Of a DNA stretch of 31,419 bases, positions 1-9,229 are shown piece after piece. Origin of the DNA: a virus. The position numbers were made by a program, and so were the translations under genes. Position 1 is the stretch's first letter. Each line of letters starts with the position of its first letter. The stretch is from positions 169,748-201,166 of IMG/VR virus record IMGVR_UViG_3300022696_000071; one strand, given 5' to 3'. The notes below the pieces were generated by a model. It made no database searches, was not told the DNA's origin, and was given only the letters and a program-made list of their open reading frames with translations.

Positions 1-2345
1 TTCGCCTCAACAGTATCTCTTAATGTATGTGAAATTAACAAAACAATATAATCATTAGATAATGTATTCAACATATTTATCACAATGTCAACATTTTTTG
101 GATCTAATGCGTCTAAAATTTCATCCATTATGATTATATTGAAATGTGTATTTGTCATGTGTTCAAGAAGATGTCGTAATGATAATAATGTTATGATATC
201 AATTAATCGACCTTCGCCTCCAGAAAAACAATCCCTTGAATCTGTTAAATGTTCAGTATGAATACAATTAACCGAAAATTTATTTCTCATTTCTCCAGAT
301 TTTAATTGACTTTGGGAACTAAATCTTACTCTTAAATTATCAGTCATTTCAGATAATTCAGACGCACGAGAATTAATGATAGGTATAGATTCATCGAGAA
401 GAACAGCTTTAATTCCAGTAGATGAAAATGCATTTTTCCAGAATTTCAATATTTCTATATCCGTCTTTATCTTATTCAACTCTTGATTGTTAATATCTAT
501 TTTAGTCGATATATTCAATATAGAAGATTGTATATTTTTAACAGATTCATCATATTTTTCTTTATTTAATTTTCTATTTTCATTCATTATTCTGAGTCTG
601 GCTTCATACATTTCGATTTCTTTAACGCATTCATTAAAATTATTTGCTAATTGATTTAATAAATCAAGAGTTGTGGTTAATTCTAAAATTATAGATCCAA
701 CTACTTCAATTCTATCATTTATATCATTAATTTCATCATTATGTCTTTTTGTTTCTCTATCTATCAGATCATTCAATTTATTTTTGTATTTATTTTCTAA
801 TGTTAATTCTATTTTAGTTTTATCATTATTTAAATCAGATAATTTATTATTTAATGCTTCTCTATCTCTCTGATATTCAGTTGTTATATTATCTAATCTA
901 TATATTAGAGAATGTTTAACATTTACTTTCCAATCTTCAAGCAGTTCCATCTTTTCAGATTTTGATTTGTTTATATTATCCATATTTTGAGATTCTTTAT
1001 CTATTTCTTTTCCATAATTTTCAGATGAACTTTCGATATTATCAAGATTTTGTTTCAATCTTTTAAGTTCTGTTTTCATATTATTTACTTCAGATAATAT
1101 TTGAGATTTACTATATTCATCAGATAAATTTTGACCACATGCATAACACGTTGGATCATCTTTATTCAATCCATCAGTCATAGTTTTTAATCTATCATTT
1201 ACGGTTTTCATCGATTCCATTATCTCAACTTTTTTATCTGATAAATTAGATAATTCCATTGAATATGTCTGAAGTCGTTCTCTAACAGGTTCTACTTGTC
1301 TATTAAATTCTTCATCTATATTTGATTTATCAAATAGATATTTAGATTTAGCTTTTTGATTTTCATTTTCGATACCAGATCTATTATTATTAAATGAGAT
1401 ATCAAGATTTGATAATTTATTATTCAATTGATTTATTTTATCAGTTATATCTCTTAATTGTCGATTTAACTCATTATTTTTATCTGATTCTATTTTCTGA
1501 CGTATAAGATTTATATCTTGATTATATTCCCTTTGTTTACTCTCTATTTTGTTTTTAAGAGTTGTATGATCTATTTCATATTGGGTTAACTGTCGTTTTA
1601 TATCTTTAATATCATGAGTTTTTAATTCGGCTTCAAATTTTGATTTTTTATCTAATAATTGTTTTATTTCTTTATTTATATCTTCTACCGATTTGTCATG
1701 ATTATCTTTTTCTGATTGTTCAGATTTACGAATATTTTCTAATTCTGCATTTCTGGTATTTAAATATTTTTCATTAAATTCTATTTCAGATGATATAGTT
1801 GGTATTTTATTCTTACTTAATTCATCTTCTTTATTTTTTATAGATTGTCTATATTCTTCATATGCATCCAAATTTAACATCATATCAAAAATCTTTTTCT
1901 GATTTCCATCTGTTTCTTCAGTAAAAGATTTCTTTATAAACTGAGAGAACATTAAACAGTTTATAAATATATTAAATGGCATTAATATGTCTTCAATAGA
2001 TACATCAACTGGAGTTTTACCATTATCTTTATATATTAAGAATTCATTTTTATAAACTTTATGTTTTCTGTATCGTTCTACTCTATATTCATCGTCATCT
2101 ATACTAAACGTCAATTTAACATATGTATTTTTACCACTTCTTATTCGTATTACATCATCTGCTTTTATATTCTTGGTTGTTTTGCCATATAGTGCATATA
2201 CTATACCATCACAACATAATGTTGTTTTTCCTTGCCCATTATTCCCTTGAACAATAACGAATCTATTCGGTGTAAATTCGAAATCTATATGTTCGAAACA
2301 TTTGAAATTATGCATTTCTATTTTTTTGAATATTACTTGTCTCAT
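1..2345 (-). CDS. Rad50/SbcC-like recombination ATPase (T4 gp46-like); C-terminal end runs off window start (partial)
   Basis: Minus-strand frame starts at ATG 2343-2345 (MRQVIFKKIEMHNFKCF...), with N-terminal Walker A GNNGQGKTT. Long Lys/Glu/Asn-rich coiled-coil carries a zinc-hook-like CYAC. Near window start (C-terminal) are ABC signature FSGGE, Walker B IIIMDE and H-loop ISH. The start overlaps the stop of the SbcD-like gene (TAATG). Confidence 0.85.
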   Translation of the reverse strand, partial: MRQVIFKKIEMHNFKCFEHIDFEFTPNRFVIVQGNNGQGKTTLCCDGIVYALYGKTTKNIKADDVIRIRSGKNTYVKLTFSIDDDEYRVERYRKHKVYKNEFLIYKDNGKTPVDVSIEDILMPFNIFINCLMFSQFIKKSFTEETDGNQKKIFDMMLNLDAYEEYRQSIKNKEDELSKNKIPTISSEIEFNEKYLNTRNAELENIRKSEQSEKDNHDKSVEDINKEIKQLLDKKSKFEAELKTHDIKDIKRQLTQYEIDHTTLKNKIESKQREYNQDINLIRQKIESDKNNELNRQLRDITDKINQLNNKLSNLDISFNNNRSGIENENQKAKSKYLFDKSNIDEEFNRQVEPVRERLQTYSMELSNLSDKKVEIMESMKTVNDRLKTMTDGLNKDDPTCYACGQNLSDEYSKSQILSEVNNMKTELKRLKQNLDNIESSSENYGKEIDKESQNMDNINKSKSEKMELLEDWKVNVKHSLIYRLDNITTEYQRDREALNNKLSDLNNDKTKIELTLENKYKNKLNDLIDRETKRHNDEINDINDRIEVVGSIILELTTTLDLLNQLANNFNECVKEIEMYEARLRIMNENRKLNKEKYDESVKNIQSSILNISTKIDINNQELNKIKTDIEILKFWKNAFSSTGIKAVLLDESIPIINSRASELSEMTDNLRVRFSSQSQLKSGEMRNKFSVNCIHTEHLTDSRDCFSGGEGRLIDIITLLSLRHLLEHMTNTHFNIIIMDEILDALDPKNVDIVINMLNTLSNDYIVLLISHTLRDTVEA

Positions 2346-3388
2346 TATTGATTACCCCCTATAGCTTTTAATCCAACTTTCATGTATTTTTTTCTATCCC
2401 GCTCTGGAACATTTTCTATTTCAAGCCATTTTTTCATTTGATCTTTAATTTGCATATTAGATGTTATTCCACGTATTTCGTATTCTTCTTCATATTCATC
2501 TAATAATACAATATCTTCTTTAGAAGTATCCAATTCTTTTGGAACTTCTTTGAGTTTATTTCTAACGATTACATGATGCCCCTCTTTTTTCCTCTTTTCT
2601 ATATTTTCCAACATTGTCTTAAGATTACTCTTTGATGATTCATCAATTATAAAATTATAATACTTCCTATACCCTTTTGTTTCCACACTTTCTACTGATA
2701 AATCATCTGGATCTATAACGAGAAATCTTTTTGTTTCTCCATGCTCATCACGACGAAGTGGTATAGGGGAACCAACATAATATAATTTAGTAGTATCATT
2801 TTCTATTTTCTGAGGAGTATGATAATGACCAAGTAATACTAATTTAAATTTTGATAAATCGCCCATCGATATATTAGTTTTTAATGATATTCCAGATGCT
2901 AAATGTGCATCTGATAAACCAAAATGAGATATTAATATATCTGCTGGTGATGAATTTTCTATATGATTTATAATATTTTTAGAATGTGGAATATACATTA
3001 TATTATCAGTGAAGAATGGTTCAGTTATAGATGAAACATTTCCGTAACCACTTAACAAATTTATAGAAGATTCATTTTCAACATTCGATCCAATGTCATG
3101 ATTCCCATGAAGTAACACAAAATGTATACTTCTATACTTAAGTAGCACTTTACGTCTAAAATAATCAAAAGCTCTTGTATGAATGGTATTTTTAAGATCA
3201 TTTATATCACCACCTATTACTAACTTTGGAATATCGTTATTTAAAGCATAATTACACATATGATCGATTGTATCAATTGTTTCTATTAATCTAAGTGGTA
3301 TACCATCATCATTACTTTTTTTATCATTCCACATCTTTAAATGGATATCTGCTGTGAAAATGAATTTTTCTCTGGTTGACGAATTCAT
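2345..3388 (-). CDS. Mre11/SbcD-like calcineurin-type phosphoesterase nuclease (T4 gp47-like)
   Basis: 347 aa ORF with Mre11 phosphoesterase motifs: FTADIHLK (motif I), GGDINDL (II), LLHGNHD (III), GHYH. Adjacent and translationally coupled to the Rad50-like gene, as in T4 46/47. Confidence 0.88.
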   Translation of the reverse strand: MNSSTREKFIFTADIHLKMWNDKKSNDDGIPLRLIETIDTIDHMCNYALNNDIPKLVIGGDINDLKNTIHTRAFDYFRRKVLLKYRSIHFVLLHGNHDIGSNVENESSINLLSGYGNVSSITEPFFTDNIMYIPHSKNIINHIENSSPADILISHFGLSDAHLASGISLKTNISMGDLSKFKLVLLGHYHTPQKIENDTTKLYYVGSPIPLRRDEHGETKRFLVIDPDDLSVESVETKGYRKYYNFIIDESSKSNLKTMLENIEKRKKEGHHVIVRNKLKEVPKELDTSKEDIVLLDEYEEEYEIRGITSNMQIKDQMKKWLEIENVPERDRKKYMKVGLKAIGGNQ

Positions 3389-3440
3389 AAGGTATGTCCT
3401 TTTTGATTATTTAAAAAAATTTAAATTAATTAATATTTTT

Positions 3441-3488
3441 GAGTGTTTTGCAAAAGTACGAGATATTCTCCACTCTTGCAAAACGCTC
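3441..3488 (-). promoter_or_regulatory. 13-bp imperfect inverted repeat (GAGTGTTTTGCAA ... TTGCAAAACGCTC) between the 188-aa gene and the sbcD-like gene
   Basis: Read directly in the intergenic sequence. Could be a terminator or attenuator hairpin, or a protein operator, sitting upstream of the gp47-like RBS. Confidence 0.35.
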
Positions 3489-3501
3489 AGTCATATATTT
3501 T

Positions 3502-4068
3502 TTATCGTTTCGATTCAATTATTTCAATGTTTAAATCCCGATATTCTTCATCTGGATTTTTGAAAATAACAATTGGTTTATAATGTGATTTGAATCTTGT
3601 TGCCAGCGAAGCAAGAGTAAGATCGACAGTTAACGATCTATAAAATCTTGCAAATGTATATTTGTGATCTTCTCCTGCTTCATTGTATGATGAAGCAATG
3701 GCATCAAGTTTATCATATATCAGATATGGATCTTTATCCAACTTGATTTTTCTCTTGACCAATTTCGGTTTCCCCGAATTCTTGCGTTCGAAAATAGGAA
3801 CCATTTCTTCCGATGTCTTCTCGCTAAGAGCAGCTTTCATTGCTCTCATAAACGATTTATGTTTTCCTTCTTTTCTCACGAAATGATCTTCGAGAGATGT
3901 AATTGCAATTCCCGAAGATACAATGTTTTCACTTTTATCATACATTACACATATCATGCCGAATGTACCAATGATATCACATCGCATATCATAAAATTTG
4001 ATTTTTTCAACACCAGCCTCATTTCTTAGTTTTCTCTTTTGGGGAGATTCTTTTTCTGAGTGTTCCAT
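3502..4068 (-). CDS. hypothetical protein (188 aa, basic)
   Basis: Intact ORF with AAAGGAG RBS 9 nt upstream of ATG. No recognisable motif, and it does not resemble T4 gp55. Confidence 0.55.
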   Translation of the reverse strand: MEHSEKESPQKRKLRNEAGVEKIKFYDMRCDIIGTFGMICVMYDKSENIVSSGIAITSLEDHFVRKEGKHKSFMRAMKAALSEKTSEEMVPIFERKNSGKPKLVKRKIKLDKDPYLIYDKLDAIASSYNEAGEDHKYTFARFYRSLTVDLTLASLATRFKSHYKPIVIFKNPDEEYRDLNIEIIESKR

Positions 4069-4164
4069 TAAAATACTCCTTTCTAATAAAAATTAATTAA
4101 CATAACAAATCCGTTGCGTAAAAAATTTACACAACAATTACTTATTACTATTTAATATATATGA

Positions 4165-4881
4165 TTAATTTCCGTTACCGTTTTCTTCATATTTTACTCT
4201 TTTATGATGCTCACTCTTCATTTCTTCAATCATGATTTCTCTTAATTTTCTTTGTTGATAAAATGACATAGTTACATAATCGAATTGCTCATCTGCAACT
4301 ATTTCATTAAATATTTCATCAAATAATGTTTCGTGATCATATTCTGAAGAACTAAATTCAGATTTAAATCTTGCTTCTACTGTGTCACAAAGCATTAAAA
4401 GACCAGCTTCGATTGATCGTGGTCTTTGTGTTTTATATCTGTAATCATCTTCATTTTTGCTCTTACTACGATCATAAAATATTTTCAATAATCTCGTCCC
4501 ATGATGTTGACAACACCACTGTATAACATCTCTTGGTATATTATTATCTGGAAGAAGAATTATTGCTGTATCTGATACATGAGTTGTTATTATCTTTTTT
4601 GACATCCACGGATCAAGCGTATCATGGGGATTCTTATCATCTTCTCTTTGATTTTCGCTGAAATATTTTGGATCGACTGTTTTACCAATATCATGATACA
4701 TTCCAGCTATTTCCAATTTGTGAGTATCGAGTTTAAACTCATTACCAAGTGTTATTAATAAAGACGATACTTTTTTACAATGAGCATGAGTTCCTGGTGC
4801 CTTTTCTTTCAATTTTATCATCAATGGATATTGTGGATCTAAAACATCTGTTGATGATGGATTTTCATTTAATTCATTCAT
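4165..4881 (-). CDS. HD-domain metal-dependent phosphohydrolase
   Basis: H..H (THAHCKK) followed about 28 aa later by MYHDIGK (classic HD motif), then further His/Asp (THVSD, LCD). RBS AAAGGAGA. Confidence 0.7.
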   Translation of the reverse strand: MNELNENPSSTDVLDPQYPLMIKLKEKAPGTHAHCKKVSSLLITLGNEFKLDTHKLEIAGMYHDIGKTVDPKYFSENQREDDKNPHDTLDPWMSKKIITTHVSDTAIILLPDNNIPRDVIQWCCQHHGTRLLKIFYDRSKSKNEDDYRYKTQRPRSIEAGLLMLCDTVEARFKSEFSSSEYDHETLFDEIFNEIVADEQFDYVTMSFYQQRKLREIMIEEMKSEHHKRVKYEENGNGN

Positions 4882-4898
4882 GATTTCTCCTTTTTATC

Positions 4899-5429
4899 TT
4901 AAATGAAAAAATTGATGTTGGTTAACTTAATAATTATTCTGTTAAAATCATAGATAAGTATAGTTGAAAGAATATTTTTTGTAAATGTACTGACTGGATT
5001 TATATAATATGCAAATATATCGGAATGTATAGCTTTACTGGATATATACTTTTCATTTTTATATGTATATCTATGTTGCAATTTTTCTAAATATTCTCTA
5101 TATGGTAATATATAACCATTAACACAAATATATGTATAAAAGTTTCGTGGGTCATGTATAGATGGTGCCAATAATCTATTATTATTATAATTTATATGAA
5201 TTGATCTATTCATAACATCAAAATCAATTTTATCTATAGTTGCACCATGCTTAATTAGATACTTTTTAACTTCTCTTTCAAAATTTTTATGATTTTCTTC
5301 TATAAATTTAGTATCAATTTTTCGTTCATCAAATATAAATTTAAATCTTAATCTTATATTATTTATATCTTTTTGGATTATATTATTAGTTTCATCTATA
5401 ACCCTTCTTATATTCAAATAACTCATCAT
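4899..5429 (-). CDS. hypothetical protein, member of window-wide paralog family (YTYICVNGYILP motif)
   Basis: ORF track frame. Its start overlaps the next gene (ATGA). Shares the central Y-T-[FY]-I-x-x-N-G motif with ORFs 5426, 5929, 12096 and 12686. Confidence 0.55.
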   Translation of the reverse strand: MMSYLNIRRVIDETNNIIQKDINNIRLRFKFIFDERKIDTKFIEENHKNFEREVKKYLIKHGATIDKIDFDVMNRSIHINYNNNRLLAPSIHDPRNFYTYICVNGYILPYREYLEKLQHRYTYKNEKYISSKAIHSDIFAYYINPVSTFTKNILSTILIYDFNRIIIKLTNINFFI

Positions 5430-5932
5430 AATATATATCCTTTCTCTGACAAGACATCATATATCTTTTCTACTCCAATATATAGATCATAATTCAATGT
5501 ATAATCAAAAACTAAACCATTATTTCCACTTAAATGACCATCAAAAAATTCTCCTAATTCATTCTTATATACATATATATTTGTAAATTTAAATTCGGTT
5601 GGTTTAAATTTATTTATCATAGATTTAAAATAATGATAATCTATAAATATACCAAATTTTATATTTAATGCACTATATAAATTTGATGGAATTATATAAA
5701 TGTTTTTTACTAATGGTTTAGAACCAAATGATATTCTATAATCTATATATTTAATATTATTCCTATTATACTTTCTTAAATATTCAGTAACATATTTTCT
5801 TATTTTTTCATGTAATTTAACTTTACCATTAAAAGTGTATTTTTTATCACTATATTTATCATTAATATAGTCTAATAATTCATCATATTTTTTGAAAAAT
5901 ATTTCATCTTGTATTAATTTCGATAAATTCAT
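5426..5932 (-). CDS. hypothetical protein, paralog family member (C-terminal ...SEKGYIL)
   Basis: Overlapping-start operon arrangement. C-terminal G-Y-I-L and internal IYIIPSNLYS resemble other family members. Confidence 0.55.
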   Translation of the reverse strand: MNLSKLIQDEIFFKKYDELLDYINDKYSDKKYTFNGKVKLHEKIRKYVTEYLRKYNRNNIKYIDYRISFGSKPLVKNIYIIPSNLYSALNIKFGIFIDYHYFKSMINKFKPTEFKFTNIYVYKNELGEFFDGHLSGNNGLVFDYTLNYDLYIGVEKIYDVLSEKGYIL

Positions 5933-6531
5933 AACATAAATCCTCTACTATTAATGATATCAAATATTCTAATAAATTTTGAAAAAATAGGGCAAATATT
6001 AAAAGTTATTGTCTTTCTTTTAGAATCTGGATGAAATGCTACAAATACCATAATATTTTCATAAATATAATACTCCATATTAAATATATCTGTCGTTATA
6101 CTATTTTCCATAATTATATTATATTTATTTTTATTAAATTCATCTGATGATAAAAATATTCCATTCGATAAGATAAATGTATATAAATTTAATGGTTTTG
6201 GAATATAGACTTGATCACACTCAAGTTTAATACTATTAAATTTTTCAAATTGTATATATTTTAAATCCAATATATCATTATATTTAATATTCAACTCTTC
6301 TAAAAAGAATTTTTTTAATTCATCATTTAAAAATGTAGTAAGATATTCACCACGTTTAAAATACTCATCAAAATTTCCATCTTTTCTTAATCTTTCTAAA
6401 AAATTAGTTTCACATAAAATATTAGTTAGTGAAACTAATTTGTATTTTCCTTGATTTTCAATAAATTTAATTATTCCAATTCTATTATCAACATAAGTAT
6501 CCTTTAATAATTTTGATATGATTTCATTCAT
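5929..6531 (-). CDS. hypothetical protein, paralog family member (YTFILSNGIFLS ... INSRGFML-COOH)
   Basis: Motif match to 12096 (YTFVLLCGVPGN ... INSKGLIL) and 12686 (YTVILLCGISTT ... INSRGIII). RBS AGGTGAT. Confidence 0.6.
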   Translation of the reverse strand: MNEIISKLLKDTYVDNRIGIIKFIENQGKYKLVSLTNILCETNFLERLRKDGNFDEYFKRGEYLTTFLNDELKKFFLEELNIKYNDILDLKYIQFEKFNSIKLECDQVYIPKPLNLYTFILSNGIFLSSDEFNKNKYNIIMENSITTDIFNMEYYIYENIMVFVAFHPDSKRKTITFNICPIFSKFIRIFDIINSRGFML

Positions 6532-6552
6532 ATAATCACCTATAAAACAAAA

Positions 6553-6586
6553 AACGGTTTATATGAATAAGATCATATAAACCGTT
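6553..6586 (-). terminator. rho-independent terminator (14-bp perfect stem AACGGTTTATATGA/TCATATAAACCGTT, then UUUUUGUUUUAU on the minus transcript)
   Basis: Inverted repeat read directly. U-run lies on the minus-strand side, 22 nt downstream of the stop of ORF 6609..7472. Confidence 0.7.
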
Positions 6587-6608
6587 CATATTCAAAAATT
6601 ATTGATAT

Positions 6609-7472
6609 TTATTGATTTATTTGTGGAACCATATCATTCGGAACTATTAAGTTACCATAACAATATATTTTATATTCAACATTATCAGTTTCAGTTTCGA
6701 GAACCATTATTAATGAATCGATACATGTCATACCATCTCTCGAAAACCTATTTGCTTCTGTGAATGTTGATAATTTATAACATTTTACACTTATTTCATC
6801 AAATCCAAGTATGAATGGATCAAGTGGGAATACAGTTGTTCCAGTTGTTTCTATATCCAAATCAATAGTTAATATTTTGCCGATTGTTGATGCAGAAGCA
6901 TCTCCCACTGGACATACAATTAGATCACATTTATCACCAGTGAATTCAAGTTGTAAAAATGTTGAATCTAATCCCCTTCCTAATGCATCCATTCTATTGA
7001 TGAGAAATCTTTGTATCTCTACTTCAAATATTGGTTGATTTGGATCGAATACAATATATCTATTATCTCTATCAGTTTCTGATATAAATCTATTGTTTAA
7101 ATATTCTTTTACTGGATTAATAAATACTATTTGAGAATAATCATCTTTAAACGTATGTTTAGTTTCAGTTATTTCAAGATCCATATCTACTTTTTGTTTC
7201 TTGAATGGATCTAACAGATCTACTTTACCCTGCAATGATATCATATCTATAGATATATTTCCTATTATATTTGATAAATCAATATTAAATATTGCAGTTT
7301 TTGAATTAGTATGTTGACATATTTCACCATTTATTATTTCCACATCATGGCACACTTTTGCTAATCTACTAAAAGTGTTAAGTAAACATGACACTTTCTC
7401 AGATTCTAAATGAATGCTAATTGGTCCTTCTTGTCTGTCTCCAACTAAATTAGTCAAGTTTTCATCTGTCAT
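6609..7472 (-). CDS. hypothetical protein (287 aa)
   Basis: Intact ORF followed by a strong terminator. Contains DLDIETTG, which resembles a DEDD-exonuclease Exo I motif, but its placement is atypical and no Exo II/III were recognised. Confidence 0.55.
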   Translation of the reverse strand: MTDENLTNLVGDRQEGPISIHLESEKVSCLLNTFSRLAKVCHDVEIINGEICQHTNSKTAIFNIDLSNIIGNISIDMISLQGKVDLLDPFKKQKVDMDLEITETKHTFKDDYSQIVFINPVKEYLNNRFISETDRDNRYIVFDPNQPIFEVEIQRFLINRMDALGRGLDSTFLQLEFTGDKCDLIVCPVGDASASTIGKILTIDLDIETTGTTVFPLDPFILGFDEISVKCYKLSTFTEANRFSRDGMTCIDSLIMVLETETDNVEYKIYCYGNLIVPNDMVPQINQ

Positions 7473-7487
7473 TTTATTTTCCCTTTT

Positions 7488-8936
7488 TTAATTTACTATC
7501 ATTTCTTTAACAGGCCAATTTCTTTCTTCATACGTCATTTTTCTCTTGGTATAACTTCTTTCAAACCAAGTGGTATTTTTTATAATCTTTGGATCATAAT
7601 CTGGACTATATTTTGGTACTCTAACAACTGGACCACCTGTATCAACAAGATCAAATACGAGTGGATTCTTCTTTATATTTTTTCCATGTTCATTCAGTAT
7701 AACTCTTTGAACTCTACCAATTGCTTGATCTATATTACCTGTTGGTGTTGACATTATAAAGCATGTAAACTCATCTCTACTATTTCCATCTCTCCCACCA
7801 GCATATGTTGCAAATACAATTTTCTTCTCATAAAATGCAACATCCAAATCATCAGTATCAGATACTTTTAATCTTTCTTTTTTGGTAGAAGTTGGTACAA
7901 ATAGACCAATATCTTTATTGTCAGCATTACATTTATCAGCAAGTGTAATCAAACAATCTTTTGTTTTTCCAAGTATAAGTGTTGGTCTATTATTATCATA
8001 TGCTTCATTAATAAGATATATTGTATTATTTATATAATGATCTATCTTATGCATTTGTTTATAATATCGTGATAATATAAATTTACCTCCCCAGGATAAA
8101 TATTTCTTATATCTATCATATATTCCAAAATTAAATTTAACTGCATAAATAAATGGATCAAGTCGCTCATCTGCTTCTTGTGGGAAATATTTAACATCTC
8201 CAAGATAATAACATATAATATCGTCTTGTCCATCTTCACGAGTAGGAGTAGCAGATAATCCATATAAACGATGACATGTCAAATGAAGAACAGCTTTAGA
8301 AAATTGTTCTGGTCCAACCCCAACATGACATTCATCAACTACTCCAACACCAATATCTGAATTCTTCAATGCATTTAAAAAATCTAATTTTTCTTTATTT
8401 ACAGCAGTATATATTACATGTGGAGTAGATAGTATTATTTTTTTATTTAATACTTTTTCATAATTTGTAGATGATAATCTCCCTATATCATCTTCTTTAA
8501 GATCAGTAAATTTAAGAAACTCATTTTCCCATTGTTTCAATAATTTATCTTTATGAGCAAATATAATTGCTTTTCTTTTTATTTTAGATATAGCTGCAAT
8601 AGTTATGACTGTTTTGCCAGAACCAGGTTCTAATTGAAGTACGCCTTTTGTGTTTGCTACTAAAAAATTAATAGCTTTTTCTTGTCTCTTATTTCTTGGA
8701 ACAATTTTCGAATTTATATCAATCTTTTCGCCTTTTATAGTGAAGTCAACAATTGGTTCAGAAGTGATGGGATAATTTCGAGGTATAAGTATATTATTGC
8801 TATCATATTCTGCATAAAATTTTATTCTTGAAACTGAATTATCCCACCCCTGAATTGTTCTATCAAGATCGCTTCTTATTTGCTCAAAACGATTATGATT
8901 TCTTGGTAATAATATCCCCCCTATTTTATCCAACAT
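7488..8936 (-). CDS. Superfamily-2 DEAD/DEAH-box helicase
   Basis: Walker A LEPGSGKTVI, motif II VVDECH, motif III LSATP, later QAIGRVQR (motif VI-like). Confidence 0.8.
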   Translation of the reverse strand: MLDKIGGILLPRNHNRFEQIRSDLDRTIQGWDNSVSRIKFYAEYDSNNILIPRNYPITSEPIVDFTIKGEKIDINSKIVPRNKRQEKAINFLVANTKGVLQLEPGSGKTVITIAAISKIKRKAIIFAHKDKLLKQWENEFLKFTDLKEDDIGRLSSTNYEKVLNKKIILSTPHVIYTAVNKEKLDFLNALKNSDIGVGVVDECHVGVGPEQFSKAVLHLTCHRLYGLSATPTREDGQDDIICYYLGDVKYFPQEADERLDPFIYAVKFNFGIYDRYKKYLSWGGKFILSRYYKQMHKIDHYINNTIYLINEAYDNNRPTLILGKTKDCLITLADKCNADNKDIGLFVPTSTKKERLKVSDTDDLDVAFYEKKIVFATYAGGRDGNSRDEFTCFIMSTPTGNIDQAIGRVQRVILNEHGKNIKKNPLVFDLVDTGGPVVRVPKYSPDYDPKIIKNTTWFERSYTKRKMTYEERNWPVKEMIVN

Positions 8937-8950
8937 AACGTCTTCCTTTT

Positions 8951-9217
8951 TTATTCAAAATTATCACCCTGTACACCAGTTTCTATCATCATTTTTATTT
9001 CTTTAGCTTTTTTAGTTATATCAAGTCCATAAAACTTATAATCATTATTTTCTATTGCTTTATTTGCACCATGATAAAATGATAATGCAGAATCATAACT
9101 TAAATAGTTACCCATTGCAGTAATATGCTCTATAACCATATTTAATATATTGATTAATCCAAGTTCTTCATCATGAATCATCATGATTTTAGGTTCATTG
9201 TCTATTTTCATTATCAA
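8951..9217 (-). CDS. hypothetical protein (88 aa)
   Basis: ORF tightly packed between the helicase and QueD-fusion genes. Confidence 0.45.
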   Translation of the reverse strand: MIMKIDNEPKIMMIHDEELGLINILNMVIEHITAMGNYLSYDSALSFYHGANKAIENNDYKFYGLDITKKAKEIKMMIETGVQGDNFE

Positions 9218-9229
9218 CCCTTTTTAATT

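Noticed and set aside
673-873. Plus-strand ORFs in the track (673..873, 3354..3563, 3683..3886, 6811..7038, 10107..10475, 11073..11300, 13583..13828, 19374..19601, 19933..20142, 21843..22115, 23508..23711, 23861..24076, 26303..26561, 30813..31052)
   Set aside because: All lie antisense inside much longer, motif-supported minus-strand genes. They have low-complexity Ile/Leu/Phe/Ser-rich translations typical of AT-rich antisense frames and no RBS. The whole region is a unidirectional minus-strand block.
3502-4068. Considered whether the 188-aa ORF next to the Mre11-like gene is the T4 gp55 late sigma factor (expected near gene 47)
   Set aside because: No discernible similarity to gp55 sequence features recalled from T4. 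Left as hypothetical.
8042-8263. 73-aa minus ORF nested in a different frame inside the helicase gene; 24677..24859 inside ORF 24369..24992; 29067..29300 overlapping the lipoprotein gene; 29580..30074 plus-strand ORF
   Set aside because: Nested or overlapping alternative frames of longer, better-supported genes.
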